NCBI GenBank assembly: GCA_009886115.1
Contig: VFJJ01000043.1
Coordinates: forward strand, 1 to 64,000
Length of the DNA: 64,000 nt
Origin: Actinomycetota bacterium
Lineage (GTDB): Bacteria; Actinomycetota; Acidimicrobiia; IMCC26256; VFJJ01
Direction of reading: 5' to 3'
Made by a program: the position numbers and the translations under genes. A model generated the notes under the pieces. The model made no database searches. It saw nothing but the letters and a program-made list of their open reading frames with translations, and was not told the origin of the DNA. Positions 62,388-64,000 of this stretch are shown piece by piece (the first letter of the stretch is position 1; each line of letters opens with the position of its first letter).

Positions 62388-64000
62388 TCAGGCCCCCGGA
62401 CCGTCGAGCGCCAGCGCCGCCCGTCGACCTTCGAGGATGGCCTCGTGGATGGTGCGCGGGGCGACGGCGTCGCCGGCGCGGGGATGGCGCTCGCCGGTGG
62501 CGCGCCACAGGGCGTCGTCGGGCAGGAGCGTGCCGCAATCGACGAGCGCCGCGCAGGCGATGACCGTGGTGAGGCCCGTGTACCGCTCCTCGACGACGAC
62601 CCCGGTCGTACCGAGGCTCCGCAGCACCGATCGCTTCACGAGCGCGACGCCCGCTTGGAGCAGCCGGGTGTTGGCTGGGGCCAGGTCGCCGGTGAGCGAG
62701 AGCTGGGTGCCGACGGTGAAGTCGGGGCAGACCAGCGTGACCTGCCGGCCCCGCGATGCCAGGAGCTCGGCGATCGAGACGGCGACGGGTCCTCCGACGG
62801 GGTCCCAGACCACGACCGGGCCCTCCGGCAACGCCGCGTCTAGACCCCGGACGGTGCCGGTGGGCGACCGGCGCTCGGTGGCCAGCAGGTCGGATGCGCT
62901 CCACACCACGACGCCGCTCGACCCGCTCGACGATGCCCCGCCCGACCCGCGCGCGGGGGCCCCGCCGGTCGACGGCGGCGAGGTACCGGCGTAGGGCCGC
63001 AGCCCTGGACGGGCGCCGGTGCACAGCACGACGGCGTGGTCGCCGGCGATGCGTTCGACGAGCCCCGGTTCGATCTCGCTGCTGGTCTCGATGGTGACCC
63101 CGAGGCGGCGGCACTCGGCTTCGAGCCAGTCGGCGATGAGCGCCAGCCTCGACCGACCCGAGCCCGCCGCGGCCGTCCGCACCGATCCGCCGAGCCCGCT
63201 CGACCGCTCGACGAGGCGCACCCGGTGTCCTCGGGCTGCGGCGACCCGGGCGCACTCCAGGCCGGCGACACCCGCCCCGACAACGAGCACGTCGCGTGGC
63301 GCGCCGGCTGTCCGTCCGGTTCCTTCACCGATGTCGACGCCGATGTCGACGCCGGCGCAGGGATCGGGGTCGTCGAGCTCGTGGCCCGACCGGGGCTCGC
63401 CGACACAGCTGACGATGGGGTTGCGGCCGTCGCGCACCTGGCACTTCTGGTTGCAGAGCAGGCACGGACGCACGCGGTCGGCGTGGCCGGCGGCGACCTT
63501 CGCACCCAGGTCGGGGTCGGCGATCTGGGCCCTGGTCATCTCGACGGCGTCGGCCCGGGCCGGATCGTCGAAGCCGCCGAGCGCCCACTCGGCCTGGCCC
63601 CACTCGACGATCGAGCCCTGGGCCACGACCGCGACGCCCGGTCGGACAGCCGTGACGGCTTCTCGGATCTGCGCCACGAGACCGAGGTTGAATCCGGGCT
63701 CGGTGTGGCCGTCGGGCCGCGTGGCGCCCGTCGAGAAGATCGAGCCCCGCACCACGGTGATGGCATCGACGGTCTCGGCCAGCGCGGCGGCGACCAGGGC
63801 ACCCACGTCGGCGACGATGCCAGCCCAGGGGGCGAGCTCGTCGCACGAGAGCCGGATGGCCAGAACGGCGTCGGGGCCGATCGCATCACGAACAGCGGCC
63901 AGCACGCGCTGGGCGAATCGCAGGCGGAGGCCGTCGTCATGGCCGCCGTCGGACCCCGTCCACTCGTCGCTGCGCTGGTTCGTGAGCCCGGAGAGGAACT
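62388..64000 (-). CDS. Mycofactocin-system FadH/OYE family oxidoreductase 1 (5' end beyond window)
   Basis: FLSGLTNQRSDEW, DELAPWAG, CLLCNQKC.VRD.RNP, GAGVAGLE, AGDAVAPRT; frame open to the window edge. Confidence 0.88.
   Translation of the reverse strand, partial: FLSGLTNQRSDEWTGSDGGHDDGLRLRFAQRVLAAVRDAIGPDAVLAIRLSCDELAPWAGIVADVGALVAAALAETVDAITVVRGSIFSTGATRPDGHTEPGFNLGLVAQIREAVTAVRPGVAVVAQGSIVEWGQAEWALGGFDDPARADAVEMTRAQIADPDLGAKVAAGHADRVRPCLLCNQKCQVRDGRNPIVSCVGEPRSGHELDDPDPCAGVDIGVDIGEGTGRTAGAPRDVLVVGAGVAGLECARVAAARGHRVRLVERSSGLGGSVRTAAAGSGRSRLALIADWLEAECRRLGVTIETSSEIEPGLVERIAGDHAVVLCTGARPGLRPYAGTSPPSTGGAPARGSGGASSSGSSGVVVWSASDLLATERRSPTGTVRGLDAALPEGPVVVWDPVGGPVAVSIAELLASRGRQVTLVCPDFTVGTQLSLTGDLAPANTRLLQAGVALVKRSVLRSLGTTGVVVEERYTGLTTVIACAALVDCGTLLPDDALWRATGERHPRAGDAVAPRTIHEAILEGRRAALALDGPGA

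Noticed and set aside
59104..63255. 1383-aa ORF as a giant fusion protein
   Set aside because: Only the last ~350-420 codons are ETF alpha. The rest is an Arg/Pro/Gly-rich alternate frame over the two OYE genes, caused by stop-codon scarcity in high-GC DNA.

Overview
High-GC actinobacterial chromosome segment, most consistent with class Acidimicrobiia judging from the 16S 5' fragment and the gene order. Almost all genes lie on the minus strand. Positions 1-50.6 kb are core housekeeping: the 5' end of 16S rRNA with its promoter, tyrS, a divergent class A PBP, mpg, argCJBDFR-H (no argG), pheST, infC-rpmI-rplT, hisG, ribD/ribA, rpe, rsmB-fmt-def-priA-metK-coaBC-rpoZ-gmk-mIHF, pyrR-B-C-carAB-pyrD-F, clpS, nusB-efp-pepQ and aroQBKC. 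A prepilin peptidase and a type IV pilin follow. From 51.3 kb to the end is a mycofactocin-associated redox cluster: two FadH/OYE enzymes, a FixB-C-X-A-like ETF/quinone oxidoreductase set, mftE, a MoxR-type AAA+ ATPase with a VWA partner, a Zn alcohol dehydrogenase and an SDR. The strongest hidden signal is a well-formed -1 programmed ribosomal frameshift cassette at the AAA+/VWA junction (G_GGA_AAA, 6-nt spacer, strong GC hairpin). It predicts that one locus makes both a 353-aa ATPase and a ~659-aa AAA+-VWA fusion. Other observations: two 47-nt palindromes of identical geometry (one in-frame inside priA), many leaderless genes, an ATC-initiated infC, ARG-box and PyrR sites, and frequent short tandem duplications at gene ends. 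All calls come from motif recognition by eye; no database searches were run.
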